Virus record (IMG/VR): IMGVR_UViG_3300011008_000003
Reading direction: 5' to 3' (one strand)
Source: a virus
Taxonomy: Duplodnaviria; Heunggongvirae; Uroviricota; Caudoviricetes
Length of the DNA stretch: 64,000 nucleotides
Below are positions 41,594 through 52,100 of this stretch, piece after piece (positions within the stretch are counted from its first letter, which is position 1; every line of letters starts with the position of its first letter). The position numbers were made by a program, and so were the translations under genes. The notes under the pieces are model-generated. The model had not been told where the DNA came from and made no database searches. It saw only the letters and a program-made list of their open reading frames with translations.

Positions 41594-43957
41594 TTAAGGA
41601 TTCTTTGCACCCTTAATTTCGATTATACCGTTCGAGGCAGCCTTCAAGTCATTGACATACTTTTCAATTCTGTCTTTTGCCTTAGCCTGATACTTGATTA
41701 TGATAGAGAAATCTTCGCCGAGCTTAACTTCAATTTCGCTCTGGGTCTTTTCTTTAATCACTTCCATAATAGTCTGTATCTTAACAGTAATCAAAGTAAG
41801 CAATGCCTTAGAATCGACATCTTCCGGATGTTCAATAACATCTTGGAATGAAATCTTTCCCTTTGGCGTATTAATAACTGCTGCCTTTGGTGCTGCTGCC
41901 TTCTTTTCTGTAGCTTTCTTTGCCTTCGGGTCTGCTTCCGGCTTTTTAGGCTTTGCTGCCGATTTTTTAGTTTCAGATTCCTTTGCCGCAATTTCATCGA
42001 GATACTGTTTACGTAATTCTCTAGCTTGTTTTGGATCTTTTTCTTTCAATTCAGCCAATTTTGCCTTTTGTTCATCACTCAATTTATCATCTAATGCATT
42101 TTCATTAAGATGTAAAGATTCCATCAAGTAGTCATACAGATTCATAGCGAAAGATTCAGCTAATGGAATTGTATCAATAGCAGTAAGAAGATTCGACTTT
42201 GCTTGAGTGCTCAATTTCTTGAACTTATCGAAAATAAACTGAATAGCCAATGCACCAGTAGCATTTGCTGCCTTCTGTGCATCTGCATCAGCTGCCTTCT
42301 GAGCATCATTTTGGTCTTTAGTAATCCACTTAGAAGCCATTTCGAATAACGAAGTAAACTTTTCACGAATTGCATTAATTTCGTCTTGCTGTTTACTGAA
42401 ATTATTAGCGAGCTTCTGCATCAAACTCTGATGACCTTCAATTTCGCCTTGTGTAAAGCTACCGCGACGAATCGTAATCTTAGAAGCCGGAACAATACCG
42501 TTCAAATAAGTTTCGATATTATCAGTAGAAGTATTGCCTGTGAAAATGAACACAAGATTTGAACCTTCAGAACTTGCAGAAACGAAGTTTTCCTTACCAT
42601 GGTCAACGAGCGGCTTAAAGACTCTATCCTTTAAGCTTTCAGCCATATAGAATTCGGTATTATTATCGCCATTCAAAATCTTATTCTTAATCCAATCATC
42701 ATCGACCTTTACAGTAGCAATCTTAACTTCACGCGCAGTCTTTGCTTCAGGATAAATATCACCAATAAGTCCGACAACATGCTCAACAGCAAAACGAGTT
42801 CCCATAAGCCAAGAACCAGCGCCGCTAATACCTGTCAAAGTCTTACCGTTAATATCCGCACTTGCAGCCAATACCTTAGGACGATTTACAATCTTTCCTT
42901 CATAACGCTTACGTTCAGAAACCTTGACATCTGTTCCGTCCTGATTCAAACCTTCAGCAGCCTGTTCAGCAGTGTCACGGTCCTTAAAGTAAAGGTTGAA
43001 ACCGTAAGTCTTAACCGGAACAATTCCGAGATAATCATTAAGACCATCTTCATTCAAAGTCTTTAAGAAATCAACAATGTTATTATTAGCAACACTTGCA
43101 AGCTTATCAAAGAAATTACCTGCAGTAGCATTACTGTTTTCTTTCTTCAAATCTTCAGCGATTTTAACGATAGAGTCATCAGAAATCTTGTACGGAATAG
43201 AGAACACAGTAATGAGATTACCTTTCTTGGCAAATTCAGCATTCTTATCGATACGTTCCTTGACCTTATTATAAATGTTAGCAGTAACATTCATAACGAA
43301 ATCGCTCTGTTCGATATTTTCAGCAGTCGGGTTATTGAAAATGTTTCCCTTACCTGCTTTATCTCCCATTTCACGGTTCGTATAGGTAGTCTTAACTACT
43401 TCCGCAATTTCAGAAAGATAAGCCATATTGGTTGCAGTATCGTTCGTAGCCATGTTACCAATCAACTTAACAAAGCTGTTGGCATAAGCCTTCGGCTGAG
43501 CATCGTTGTATTTCTTAAACAGATAAATAACTTCGTTATCGTTTTTTACCTTTGCAATGATACGACCTTTAGCTTTACTATATCTTTCAGCAAGTTTCTT
43601 GATATATGTAGAAATAATCGTAGCTGCATTTTTCTTATATGTATCTTTGTCTGCCAGCGGATCTTTTTTCGTATCTGTGCCAGTAGTTGTAGAACCATCG
43701 GCAGGAGCAGAACCATCTTCTGGTTTTTTAGTTTCTCCTTCCTTCTTTTCTTCCTTCTTGAAAGTATCGTTATTAAGAAGCGCCTTAGCAATATGATTAA
43801 TGACTGCAGGATCTGCAAAATTAATTATAACACCGTAAGCTTCACGTTCCTTATCCTTACCTGTAAGACCAAACAAACCTTCGGACAGGATAAATTCAGA
43901 AGAATAGCTATTGGCTTTCTTTTTCTCATTAAGATATTCGTTAAATGAATCTACCAT
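41594..43957 (-). CDS. 787-aa late protein with capsid-targeting-like N-terminus (putative internal head protein)
   Basis: MVDSFNEYLNE; internal LxE clusters (LAESF..YLMESLHLNEN); TATAAATA at 43980-43987. Confidence 0.55.
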   Translation of the reverse strand: MVDSFNEYLNEKKKANSYSSEFILSEGLFGLTGKDKEREAYGVIINFADPAVINHIAKALLNNDTFKKEEKKEGETKKPEDGSAPADGSTTTGTDTKKDPLADKDTYKKNAATIISTYIKKLAERYSKAKGRIIAKVKNDNEVIYLFKKYNDAQPKAYANSFVKLIGNMATNDTATNMAYLSEIAEVVKTTYTNREMGDKAGKGNIFNNPTAENIEQSDFVMNVTANIYNKVKERIDKNAEFAKKGNLITVFSIPYKISDDSIVKIAEDLKKENSNATAGNFFDKLASVANNNIVDFLKTLNEDGLNDYLGIVPVKTYGFNLYFKDRDTAEQAAEGLNQDGTDVKVSERKRYEGKIVNRPKVLAASADINGKTLTGISGAGSWLMGTRFAVEHVVGLIGDIYPEAKTAREVKIATVKVDDDWIKNKILNGDNNTEFYMAESLKDRVFKPLVDHGKENFVSASSEGSNLVFIFTGNTSTDNIETYLNGIVPASKITIRRGSFTQGEIEGHQSLMQKLANNFSKQQDEINAIREKFTSLFEMASKWITKDQNDAQKAADADAQKAANATGALAIQFIFDKFKKLSTQAKSNLLTAIDTIPLAESFAMNLYDYLMESLHLNENALDDKLSDEQKAKLAELKEKDPKQARELRKQYLDEIAAKESETKKSAAKPKKPEADPKAKKATEKKAAAPKAAVINTPKGKISFQDVIEHPEDVDSKALLTLITVKIQTIMEVIKEKTQSEIEVKLGEDFSIIIKYQAKAKDRIEKYVNDLKAASNGIIEIKGAKNP

Positions 43958-43979
43958 AATAATTCCTTGTTCTTTTTAT

Positions 43980-43991
43980 TATTTATAAATA
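43980..43991. promoter_or_regulatory. palindromic bidirectional T4-type late promoter TATTTATAAATA
   Basis: Overlapping TATAAATA on both strands between divergent genes. Confidence 0.75.
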
Positions 43992-43997
43992 AATTGT

Positions 43998-44801
43998 ATG
44001 ACGAACTTCAAAGATTACGTTCTTGACCAGATTGAATCCAGCGGCGACGATAGCCTCCTGGACGAGAAGATGTACTGGGAATATGTTACTAGAAACGGAA
44101 AACGTCAGAAAAAGTGGCATACCGATAAGAAAAACTACAGAATTCAGATAAACCGCAAGACTGGTCAGCCTAAAGAGGTCTTTATTACTCCTACGGAACG
44201 TCTAAAACGTAAAATCGGCCAGCGAAAAGCCGCACTGAAGCGTCGTTCTAAGCAGAAAAACATATCCGCAAGACGTCATAAGTCATTCAATGTCCGTAAG
44301 TTGGCCGGTATGAGATACAATACTGGTTCCTCGAGAGAAGATAAAAACAAAAAACACGGAAATTCGGATAACTACAGAGAACGCGATACATTGATGCCTA
44401 ACATGATGGAAGCATTGTTATTGGAATGGCCTCATGTTGAAATTCTTCCTGATACTTTCTGGGATTTCTATTCTGAAGTAGGAAACGAAGACGGTTCCTG
44501 GATTATGCAGCTTGTTACCCTTGTTCGTGAACAGGAAATGCATTCCATGAAGGAAGGGGATCCGAAAGACAATAATAACTCTACTGAATTCGAAAAACCG
44601 AAGGATGGAGTTATCAAGGTCTCTCCTGGTGAAATTGAACAGATTTTCTATGCGATTTCGACAGACATGTTCTGTGTCAACGCCATCAGGAAAGCTTATA
44701 AACTGTTAAGCTATGAAGACCGACTCGAATTCGATGAAGCCATGGTCGCTGGCGGACAAGGAAACTTTCTTAAAAAGGTAAAATCGGTCGATTATACATA
44801 A
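43998..44801 (+). CDS. basic prohead-core-like protein (T4 gp68-like N-terminal half)
   Basis: MTNFKDYV..; LDE followed by a very K/R-rich segment ending RKLAGM, recalling gp68. Confidence 0.45.
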   Translation: MTNFKDYVLDQIESSGDDSLLDEKMYWEYVTRNGKRQKKWHTDKKNYRIQINRKTGQPKEVFITPTERLKRKIGQRKAALKRRSKQKNISARRHKSFNVRKLAGMRYNTGSSREDKNKKHGNSDNYRERDTLMPNMMEALLLEWPHVEILPDTFWDFYSEVGNEDGSWIMQLVTLVREQEMHSMKEGDPKDNNNSTEFEKPKDGVIKVSPGEIEQIFYAISTDMFCVNAIRKAYKLLSYEDRLEFDEAMVAGGQGNFLKKVKSVDYT

Positions 44802-45261
44802 CCGGCTGGTCATAGACAAGGAACTGGTCAATACCAGATTCATCGGTCGATTCTTCCTTAGGACACCAGTTATCGAAATCCCATTTAAAGAAATCTGCAC
44901 AAACGAAATTATGGTCAATAATTTCGTTTATTTTTTCTGTAATCTTGACCTTATTCGAACGAAGTACATCACGGATTCTGTCTTTACAAACATCAACATT
45001 ATCCTGCATTAATTCAACACCGAATAATGTCTTTAATGCCGTAATAGGTTCAATACCGGAAGCAATTCGTTTTTCGAGCATACAAATAATCATATTACCA
45101 GAACCCATCGTAGGATCTAGATACTGTTCTTCCGGATTTGTCCATAGTTCCTTTGGAAACTGATTTATCATCGATTCAACAAGTTCCCTCGGAGTCCAAA
45201 CCTCGCCGTTCTTCTTGGCGATTTCCTTACTGACTACATGTTCATTAAATCTATTATCCAT
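44770..45261 (-). CDS. N6-adenine DNA methyltransferase, SAM-binding half only
   Basis: GEVWTP, YLDPTMGSGN (motif I), LFGVEL; no NPPY/DPPY. Confidence 0.7.
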   Translation of the reverse strand: MDNRFNEHVVSKEIAKKNGEVWTPRELVESMINQFPKELWTNPEEQYLDPTMGSGNMIICMLEKRIASGIEPITALKTLFGVELMQDNVDVCKDRIRDVLRSNKVKITEKINEIIDHNFVCADFFKWDFDNWCPKEESTDESGIDQFLVYDQPVMYNRPILPF

Positions 45262-45265
45262 AACA

Positions 45266-45958
45266 TTACCTAAATACGCAATAGTAACTGTTTCGTTTTT
45301 CACATAAGTTATTTGTTGCATGTATTGTGTCCATGCCGTCTCTAATTTCCATTGCTGTAAAATTTTTAAACTTTTTTACATCAGCCGGAGTCTTTATTGA
45401 AAGCAAGTTATTAATCATGTAAAAGAAAAGCTTGTCTTTTATCTTATCCGGCGGACTCATATCGACAGAAGGTAAAAGCCATATTTGATGCTTATTTTTA
45501 AGTACATTTATACATTCCTTAATCGATTTCGCCATAGCTGATTTTTCAGGAACTGCATCTGCACCTTTGCTCGGCATATTCAATTCATATCCGGTAAACC
45601 TTTTTGATACATATTTACCGTCAATATTAAATTTACCTTCATAACATGCATATCTGGCTCTGATATTAAGCAATACGTCATTATCCGGTTTCTTTACGAC
45701 GAAATTAATTTCAGAATACGGCTTAATAAAACTATACTCCATATTTTTTTCAAAACTACGACCAAGATCATAGTTAAGAATTTCGATATTATTATCGGCA
45801 AACATATCTAAAACAGTCTGCAAATCGCCCTTATTCTTAAGGACTTCGTTCTTTGCTTTCTCTACTGTTTTTATTTTCTTGTTAAAATCTTCGATATGGT
45901 TGTCAAAATGCTTGACAACTTCAGTCTTAAGCTTTTCAATTATTTTAGGCTCTGACAT
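45266..45958 (-). CDS. hypothetical, paralog of 46328..46918 and 46918..47505
   Basis: N-terminal coiled coil; D.LFF....L..IKT......F...T C-terminal block. Confidence 0.6.
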   Translation of the reverse strand: MSEPKIIEKLKTEVVKHFDNHIEDFNKKIKTVEKAKNEVLKNKGDLQTVLDMFADNNIEILNYDLGRSFEKNMEYSFIKPYSEINFVVKKPDNDVLLNIRARYACYEGKFNIDGKYVSKRFTGYELNMPSKGADAVPEKSAMAKSIKECINVLKNKHQIWLLPSVDMSPPDKIKDKLFFYMINNLLSIKTPADVKKFKNFTAMEIRDGMDTIHATNNLCEKRNSYYCVFR

Positions 45959-46331
45959 ACTGATATTCTCCAGCCAGACCTTCTACATCCAGAACAGCGG
46001 AAATGTTATTGACATACATCCGATAGCTATTATAAGCTTCCTGAACATATCCCTTCAGGCAAGAAAGGAATTTAACGATATTCGCATTACTGCCCGGATT
46101 ATGAAGCCTTACCGCATTGATACTGTGAATACTGCCTTCAGTTTGATTGTAGATATTAACATGAATATCGTTATAATGTTCATACATCGTAACGCTAAGC
46201 TCGAACTTTATCGAATTGATAAACAGTTCAATAGCAAACTCGCATCGTTCTGAACCCTTATGATATTCTATGAGTTTCATATCTGAAGGAATAACTGCTT
46301 CGATTGCTTCTTTGGAAAGGTCACAGGTCAT
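45945..46331 (-). CDS. hypothetical protein
   Basis: Coupled ORF; tail-like VLDVEGL near C-terminus. Confidence 0.55.
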   Translation of the reverse strand: MTCDLSKEAIEAVIPSDMKLIEYHKGSERCEFAIELFINSIKFELSVTMYEHYNDIHVNIYNQTEGSIHSINAVRLHNPGSNANIVKFLSCLKGYVQEAYNSYRMYVNNISAVLDVEGLAGEYQYVRA

Positions 46332-46918
46332 AGCTTTTTCAACTCCCTAATTAATTCATGATTTTCTTTGATTGCCTTGCAGGTCAAACTCACATATTTG
46401 TTGTAATCATGTTCTGATTTTATGTTGCTCAAACCGTCCAATGCTAAAAAGAACGTATCAATTACTTCAGACGGGCTTTTTGCAAACAACTGTACAAACG
46501 GAGTTTGACAGCATGCACTATTCAACCAATATTGTTCCGGTAATCTCTTCTTATTAGTCGGAGACTTATGCTTTAAAGAGAAATACAATTTACCTTTGTT
46601 TGCTTTCGCAGACGATAACTTATAATTCAACGGAATAATGCCACCGCCGTCTTTCTGTACATTAACGGTAAATGCAAGCTCATTAGTATAAGCATTAGCT
46701 CTCGGATTATAATAATCGTCTTTGAGTGTTTGAAATCCATTATTATAAGATACAATCTTATAACCATGGTCTGCTAAGAGCTGTTCCATTACGGCAGAAT
46801 CTTCTCTGAAACGATTATAAACTGCTTGATAACGACTAGTAATGTTACTAATCGCCTTTTCATAGTATTCTCTCGTTTCCTTTATACCGTCATTTATGAT
46901 TTCATCAATTAATCCCAT
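46328..46918 (-). CDS. coiled-coil paralog with C-terminal tail
   Basis: GKLYF, DTFF...TC...KEN; ends IRELKKL*. Confidence 0.65.
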   Translation of the reverse strand: MGLIDEIINDGIKETREYYEKAISNITSRYQAVYNRFREDSAVMEQLLADHGYKIVSYNNGFQTLKDDYYNPRANAYTNELAFTVNVQKDGGGIIPLNYKLSSAKANKGKLYFSLKHKSPTNKKRLPEQYWLNSACCQTPFVQLFAKSPSEVIDTFFLALDGLSNIKSEHDYNKYVSLTCKAIKENHELIRELKKL

Positions 46919-47505
46919 TAGTTCAACTCCTCAAGCATTTTGATATTCTTGATATTTTCCTTTGCGACATGGCAGGTATAATTGGTAAAATGTTCAGAAC
47001 TACGCTTCGTTTTCACTTCCTTCAATTCTCTGGCAAGCATAAAGAACGTATCTTTAAGTTCTTGTTCGCTGTGCAGGAATACATGGATTCTGGGTCTGGC
47101 ATACATTGCATTACGCATCATGCTGTATTCACTTTCTGTCTTAATGTTGACAAGCGTTTCATTTAGTTTAGTTTCAAACGTAAGATACAGCTTTCCATTT
47201 TTCTTCTTGTTCTTGCAGATAGCTACAGGAACCTTGAACTTTCCGCCGTCATTAGAAATACAGAAAGCGCATCGATTTGTCTTCAAATCGAATATCGAAT
47301 AGTCACACGCAGTAAAACCGTATTCTGCGATTAACTTATGAAACTTCGCAATATCTCCGTCCTCGTTAGCACAGTAGTTCTTCATCTTATTGAACTTATC
47401 CTGCTTTTCGGCAAGTTCGTTTTGAAGCTGCTTGATTTTTTCCTGAAGCTCTCGCTCGGACTTTTTAATTGCGGCACTGAGTGAATCATTAATTGAACTA
47501 TACAT
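46918..47505 (-). CDS. coiled-coil paralog with C-terminal tail
   Basis: GKLYL, DTFF...TC...KEN; ends IKMLEELN*; start reassigned to leaderless MYSSIND. Confidence 0.65.
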   Translation of the reverse strand: MYSSINDSLSAAIKKSERELQEKIKQLQNELAEKQDKFNKMKNYCANEDGDIAKFHKLIAEYGFTACDYSIFDLKTNRCAFCISNDGGKFKVPVAICKNKKKNGKLYLTFETKLNETLVNIKTESEYSMMRNAMYARPRIHVFLHSEQELKDTFFMLARELKEVKTKRSSEHFTNYTCHVAKENIKNIKMLEELN

Positions 47506-47512
47506 ATTAGCT

Positions 47513-47546
47513 AATATAATAAAAAGGTTGACTTTCGTCAACCCTT
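47513..47546 (-). promoter_or_regulatory. composite terminator/early promoter, leaderless
   Basis: GGTTGAC-GAAA-GTCAACC perfect hairpin, TTTTT, TATATT-7 nt-ATG. Confidence 0.85.
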
Positions 47547-47549
47547 ATC

Positions 47550-47921
47550 TTATTCATTTCGCTTACGTTCGTGTTCTGCAATTCGCCTTGTAAATATTGC
47601 CCGGTTCTTATTAATCCAGTTGATAATATCCATAAACGCATTCTTTAGGTCAACCGGATCCAACTCAGTGCCTTTCGGCAAGTCTTCATCTCGAAGGTCC
47701 ATTGCCCATTTACCAGAATTGAATCTGAATTTTCGCTGGTCGATTTCGTCACGATACTTGTGACACTGTTCGATTGCCCAGTCTGGATAGTGCATTACGG
47801 TATTGACGCAATGCATAAGTAATGAATTGTATTTCGGATTATCCATCAGGCTCTCGATTGAACGCGAACCTGTAAACTTATTGATAATGTAGAAACGAAC
47901 GATTTGGACTACTGGTCTCAT
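47550..47921 (-). CDS. hypothetical protein
   Basis: GAGG RBS; no motif recognised. Confidence 0.65.
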   Translation of the reverse strand: MRPVVQIVRFYIINKFTGSRSIESLMDNPKYNSLLMHCVNTVMHYPDWAIEQCHKYRDEIDQRKFRFNSGKWAMDLRDEDLPKGTELDPVDLKNAFMDIINWINKNRAIFTRRIAEHERKRNE

Positions 47922-48005
47922 GTTTTCACCTCATGTTTTATTTAAACAATTTAATCCTGCCTCAAACGGGCAGGATTCTTTTTTCTTATATAGTATATAT
48001 AATTT

Positions 48006-48950
48006 TCAATTTTTGATTTTCGCAAAAAGTCCAGTTATCATGCTAAGAATTTCTACATACCATGGCTTGTCTTCTTTAACAGGAATTGGATTCTTTTTTG
48101 CTGTAGTCTTAATCGTAGTTGTAGATTTCTCAACATTCTTTCGAATTTCAGCAAACGTTATATCTTCGGTCTTAACCAGTCCTTCTTTCTCGACCGGTTC
48201 CGGCGGAAGCAATGATTCTTCCCACTTTTCCTTAATATACTTTACCTGTGCATACGGTAAATCGAATTTATCTTTTCTGACCTGTGCATGTGTAAATATA
48301 CCCGTAAATTCCTGTGCACATTTATCGTTTTCGAACATACCTTCGAGCTTATAATTATGCGGAATATCGCATTGTTCGCAAAGCCAGTTAACAAGTTCAT
48401 AAACTGCTGTTTTCTGAGCTTCGGTCATTCTCGAATAATAATTATAGTTTCTGAAAAGAATATTTTCAACGTGTCTGTCTTCGACACAATAAAGCTGCTT
48501 ATAGGCGTTATAATATCCGTCAGAATGCCTATTAAGCGGCCCGTAATTGGATATTTCAATTCCTATTGCACTCTTACTCATTACTCCGTTAGTTCCGATA
48601 CATTTGGCACCGAGATGATAGGACCAGTTCTTTTCCTTATCCAACGGAATAAGATTATAGATATTTCCAAGCCTGTCGACAACATAATGAACTGAGACTT
48701 TGTTATCTGGTTTGGTCAAAGTCGCAATATCACCGGTTATGCTGCCGACGGTGAAATGCAAGCAAATCTGAGTTTTCTTCGCCTTGGATGTATAGTAATA
48801 GCTCCGGTCTTTCGTCCAGAGCCTATAAATCGAACTTTCGCCGATTTTTGTAGTTTCGGCGATTTCGAAAACTTTACCGTTAGAATCCTTTAGATTCTTC
48901 TTGAAAGTCGTTTCTCGTTTTTCTAAGGTATCTATAATCGCAGCATTCAT
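48006..48950 (-). CDS. N-acetylmuramoyl-L-alanine amidase (Amidase_2), candidate endolysin
   Basis: ICLHFT, SVHYVV...G.I, W.YHLG, IGIEISN, TH...K.D; late-type promoter 4 nt before ATG. Confidence 0.82.
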   Translation of the reverse strand: MNAAIIDTLEKRETTFKKNLKDSNGKVFEIAETTKIGESSIYRLWTKDRSYYYTSKAKKTQICLHFTVGSITGDIATLTKPDNKVSVHYVVDRLGNIYNLIPLDKEKNWSYHLGAKCIGTNGVMSKSAIGIEISNYGPLNRHSDGYYNAYKQLYCVEDRHVENILFRNYNYYSRMTEAQKTAVYELVNWLCEQCDIPHNYKLEGMFENDKCAQEFTGIFTHAQVRKDKFDLPYAQVKYIKEKWEESLLPPEPVEKEGLVKTEDITFAEIRKNVEKSTTTIKTTAKKNPIPVKEDKPWYVEILSMITGLFAKIKN

Positions 48951-48957
48951 ATATTAT

Positions 48958-50089
48958 TTATGTCTGCGGCTTATCATACCAGTAATACCCTACGTGATTT
49001 TCGTTCTCGTAATAGTTAAAACAATAGTGAGCTTTCTCAAGAGATACTGCATGGTTCATAATCTGCGTAATAGAAGAAGCAAGTTCTGAACTATTACGCT
49101 TATATTCCATGAATACGACATCCAAATCTTTCTGCATACCCGGAATTACTTCCTTGGTAAACAGTTCCTTTTCCTTTTCAGTCATTTCAGGAATATCGAT
49201 AATACGAATCCTTGGAGTATCTGACATATAATCCAAAGATACTTTTACCATTTATTCTCCCATGTGATGCAACAAGAATTCTTCGATTTCGCCAAATTCC
49301 ACTTCATGCTCCATATTGGCGAAATAAGTTACTTGAGTATCACCGTTAATGACACCTATAGTATCTTGCCCGTTCTTCAGTTCAAACAGTGTTTTCGTTT
49401 CATTCACCAAAACATTGGTAACCTGCTTAAGGTTAACAAGATTTTCAGAATTATTCTTTCGTACGATTTTAATATTCATAATTATACCAGCTTGTAAAAC
49501 AATTCGTTAATTTCTTTATACTTTAAACCTTTTTCTTCACAAACCTTCTTAAGATAATTCTGCTCTTCCTGAGCTTTCTTATCTTTCTTTGTAAGAGAAA
49601 CGAATTTGACATAGTAATCACCAGAAGTACAAGAAATAACGAAGTCAAAAACCGCGTTACATTCCTCTCCGTCTACTGCGGACTTATAGGATCCTGCCGG
49701 AACGGCATACATCCATTTACTAACGTCCTTCATAGTATCACACCACTTAGCGAACACATAAAACATTTTCTTATGTGTCGCAAACAATACATTGCCTGCA
49801 CATTTTTCAGGATGCTTTAACTTCACTGTAAGTTGTCTATGATTCATTCTAAACCTGCCAAATCAAATTCTGTTTTAAGGTCACTTAATAGGAAAAATAT
49901 ATCTTTTTTCTTCTCTCGTAGTTCATCAATTTTTTCTTCGCTCAAATTATATGCTTTAGGATTACTCAGTACGTATTCGACAAACTTTAATTGTTCTTGA
50001 AGACTGCGTATGTCAGTTCCATACGCAATCTTTAATTGTTTAGCATTAAGCTTTTTAGAATCGTATCTGAATGTTCCCATTACATACAC
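48958..50089 (-). other. four small hypothetical genes downstream of clamp loader
   Basis: ORFs 48958-49251, 49252-49479, 49482-49847, 49844-50089; no gp62/RegA motif recognised. Confidence 0.6.
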
Positions 50090-51021
50090 CCAAACAAAGA
50101 AACTATCGCTGCCGCAATCTGAATAGTCGGGTCGCTAGACAAAGCACACTGATATTCATACTGTGCCATGTTAAGGATAGCGTCACCCTTATTCTTAATT
50201 CTTGCGTCAGGAATAACCTTTTCCATAATGAACGAGAATACATCGCTAGGACTCAACCCGCATTCTGAAATATAAGCACGAGCTTCACCGAGCTTCTTGG
50301 TAAGAATCTTCTCTGCAAGTTCGTCACCGATTTCAAGATACTGTACGAGGCCAGAATCAATCTTTCCTCTCATCATAGCATACTGCTGTAATGCCGTAAT
50401 GATAGCACGGATAGACGGATATTTCTTTTCGATAAGGTCAATAACCGGCTGAACGTCGTATTCAATCTTCAAGAACTTGAGAATACCAATCATACGCTTC
50501 AGAATCTGTTCCTTGATTTCTTTCTGGTATTCCGGTTTTTTCATATCGAAATTAAATACCATTGTTCGACCGCCGACATCCTTGAGCGGGTCGATAATCT
50601 TCGCAATATAGTTACAAGTCAGAATGAAACGACAATTCTCTTGACACTTGTCGATATAGGAACGAAGTGCTTCTTGTCCTTTCGGAGTCATACCGTCTGC
50701 TTCGTCGAAAATAATAAGCTTCGGTTTGCCATTAAAAGCCATAGTCGAAGCAAAGTTCGTAACAGTTTCACGAATAGTCTCGATACCGTTGTCGTCAGAC
50801 GCATTAAGAAACAGATATTCTACATCGAGGTCATTAGCCAAAGCCTGTGCAAGAGTAGACTTGCCAGTACCCGGATAACCTGCAAGAATCAAATTCATCG
50901 ACGCACCAGCTTCGATAACCTTAGCACAAAAATTTCTATAGTCCTGCGGTAAAATAACATCTTTAACTGTCGTGGGACGGAAATAACCTTCCCAAACAGC
51001 TTCCTTAAGTTCATTAGCCAT
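50080..51021 (-). CDS. clamp loader large subunit (T4 gp44/RFC)
   Basis: WE..FRP.T..D.ILP, GYPGTGKS, LNASD..GI, DEAD, CRFILTCNY..KII.PL. Confidence 0.93.
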   Translation of the reverse strand: MANELKEAVWEGYFRPTTVKDVILPQDYRNFCAKVIEAGASMNLILAGYPGTGKSTLAQALANDLDVEYLFLNASDDNGIETIRETVTNFASTMAFNGKPKLIIFDEADGMTPKGQEALRSYIDKCQENCRFILTCNYIAKIIDPLKDVGGRTMVFNFDMKKPEYQKEIKEQILKRMIGILKFLKIEYDVQPVIDLIEKKYPSIRAIITALQQYAMMRGKIDSGLVQYLEIGDELAEKILTKKLGEARAYISECGLSPSDVFSFIMEKVIPDARIKNKGDAILNMAQYEYQCALSSDPTIQIAAAIVSLFGCM

Positions 51022-51022
51022 A

Positions 51023-51325
51023 TTAGCCCTTCTTTTTCATTGCTCTGCGTTCTGCTCTATTCATCGGCTTATGCGGAATCTCGCCGATTTCCCTATCAAA
51101 CTTCTGCTTCGGGAAAATACAAGTGCATGCAATCGGTTCGCCGGAATCTGAATGACGTCCGACATAACCACGACCATGACACTTCTTACAATTCGGCTTA
51201 GGCTTCATAATTTCGATACCCATTGCCTGTGCAGCTTCGACTATGACCTTCCACGGGTCCATAGTCTTTAAATCCTGCTGCATTGCTTCTTCTGTCTGAT
51301 TCTGAAATACTTGTTCTACTGACAT
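51023..51325 (-). CDS. small zinc-finger protein
   Basis: CKKCHGRG...CTC and C-terminal NRAERR; start reassigned to MSVEQ. Confidence 0.6.
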   Translation of the reverse strand: MSVEQVFQNQTEEAMQQDLKTMDPWKVIVEAAQAMGIEIMKPKPNCKKCHGRGYVGRHSDSGEPIACTCIFPKQKFDREIGEIPHKPMNRAERRAMKKKG

Positions 51326-51326
51326 A

Positions 51327-52100
51327 TTAAACCCTACCTGCTGCCTGTACACGCTGTCTGGAGACATAAAGATCCAACTTAATCTGGTCGTCACGCATCA
51401 TATGGAAATTAATCAATCCACGAGGGTCGATAACCATCTTATATTCTGCACTCGGAAGAAGCAAAATACCTTCTTTATCCGTAGTGAACGTAAAGTCCTG
51501 GGTAACAGGAACAGGCAAATCATATTCAATCTTATAAGAGTTAGACGTTGCAAGACATACAAACGAAATAATCAACTTGTTGCCTTTACCAGTAAACTTA
51601 ATACCAGACTTTTCTGTACGTTCCTGGGTGAGGTTAATCATCTTCTGAAGATGGTCAATCTGTGCCTTAGTAAAGTTAAGGCTCGTCGCAGGATTCTGCA
51701 AATCGACATTGCTGAACTTCGGTTCATCAATCATGCCATCTGCGGCTGTACGATACGTAAACTGCTGATTACTCTTAGAAGACTTGATAATAATATTATG
51801 GACTTCGCCTTCATCTGTAAGCGAAGTATCAAGAACTGGAACTTCGTTAAGTTCCACATTTTTATCCGGATTATTGAAAATATCGAAGAATGACTTAAAT
51901 TTCTTATATTCGAAGAAACGGACTGCATTACCCGGGAATTCGAAATATTCCCATGGGCAAGAAAGTCGATATACAACCTTCTTTGTCACTTCTTGTGCGA
52001 CAAGAACGATAGAACCGTCTTGTTCTTTAGCGAACTTTAACTGTTGCTGAATAGGAGAAAGCTTAGATACTAGGTCGAGTAATTCTATATTATAGTTCAT
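51327..52100 (-). CDS. probable sliding clamp (T4 gp45-like)
   Basis: 257 aa, just upstream of clamp loader; L..L..I start and LLP..Y...I ending resemble gp45. Confidence 0.55.
   Translation of the reverse strand: MNYNIELLDLVSKLSPIQQQLKFAKEQDGSIVLVAQEVTKKVVYRLSCPWEYFEFPGNAVRFFEYKKFKSFFDIFNNPDKNVELNEVPVLDTSLTDEGEVHNIIIKSSKSNQQFTYRTAADGMIDEPKFSNVDLQNPATSLNFTKAQIDHLQKMINLTQERTEKSGIKFTGKGNKLIISFVCLATSNSYKIEYDLPVPVTQDFTFTTDKEGILLLPSAEYKMVIDPRGLINFHMMRDDQIKLDLYVSRQRVQAAGRV

Noticed and set aside
49482-50089. gp62 clamp-loader small subunit or RegA expected after gp44
   Set aside because: Position fits but no recognisable sequence motifs; left as hypothetical.
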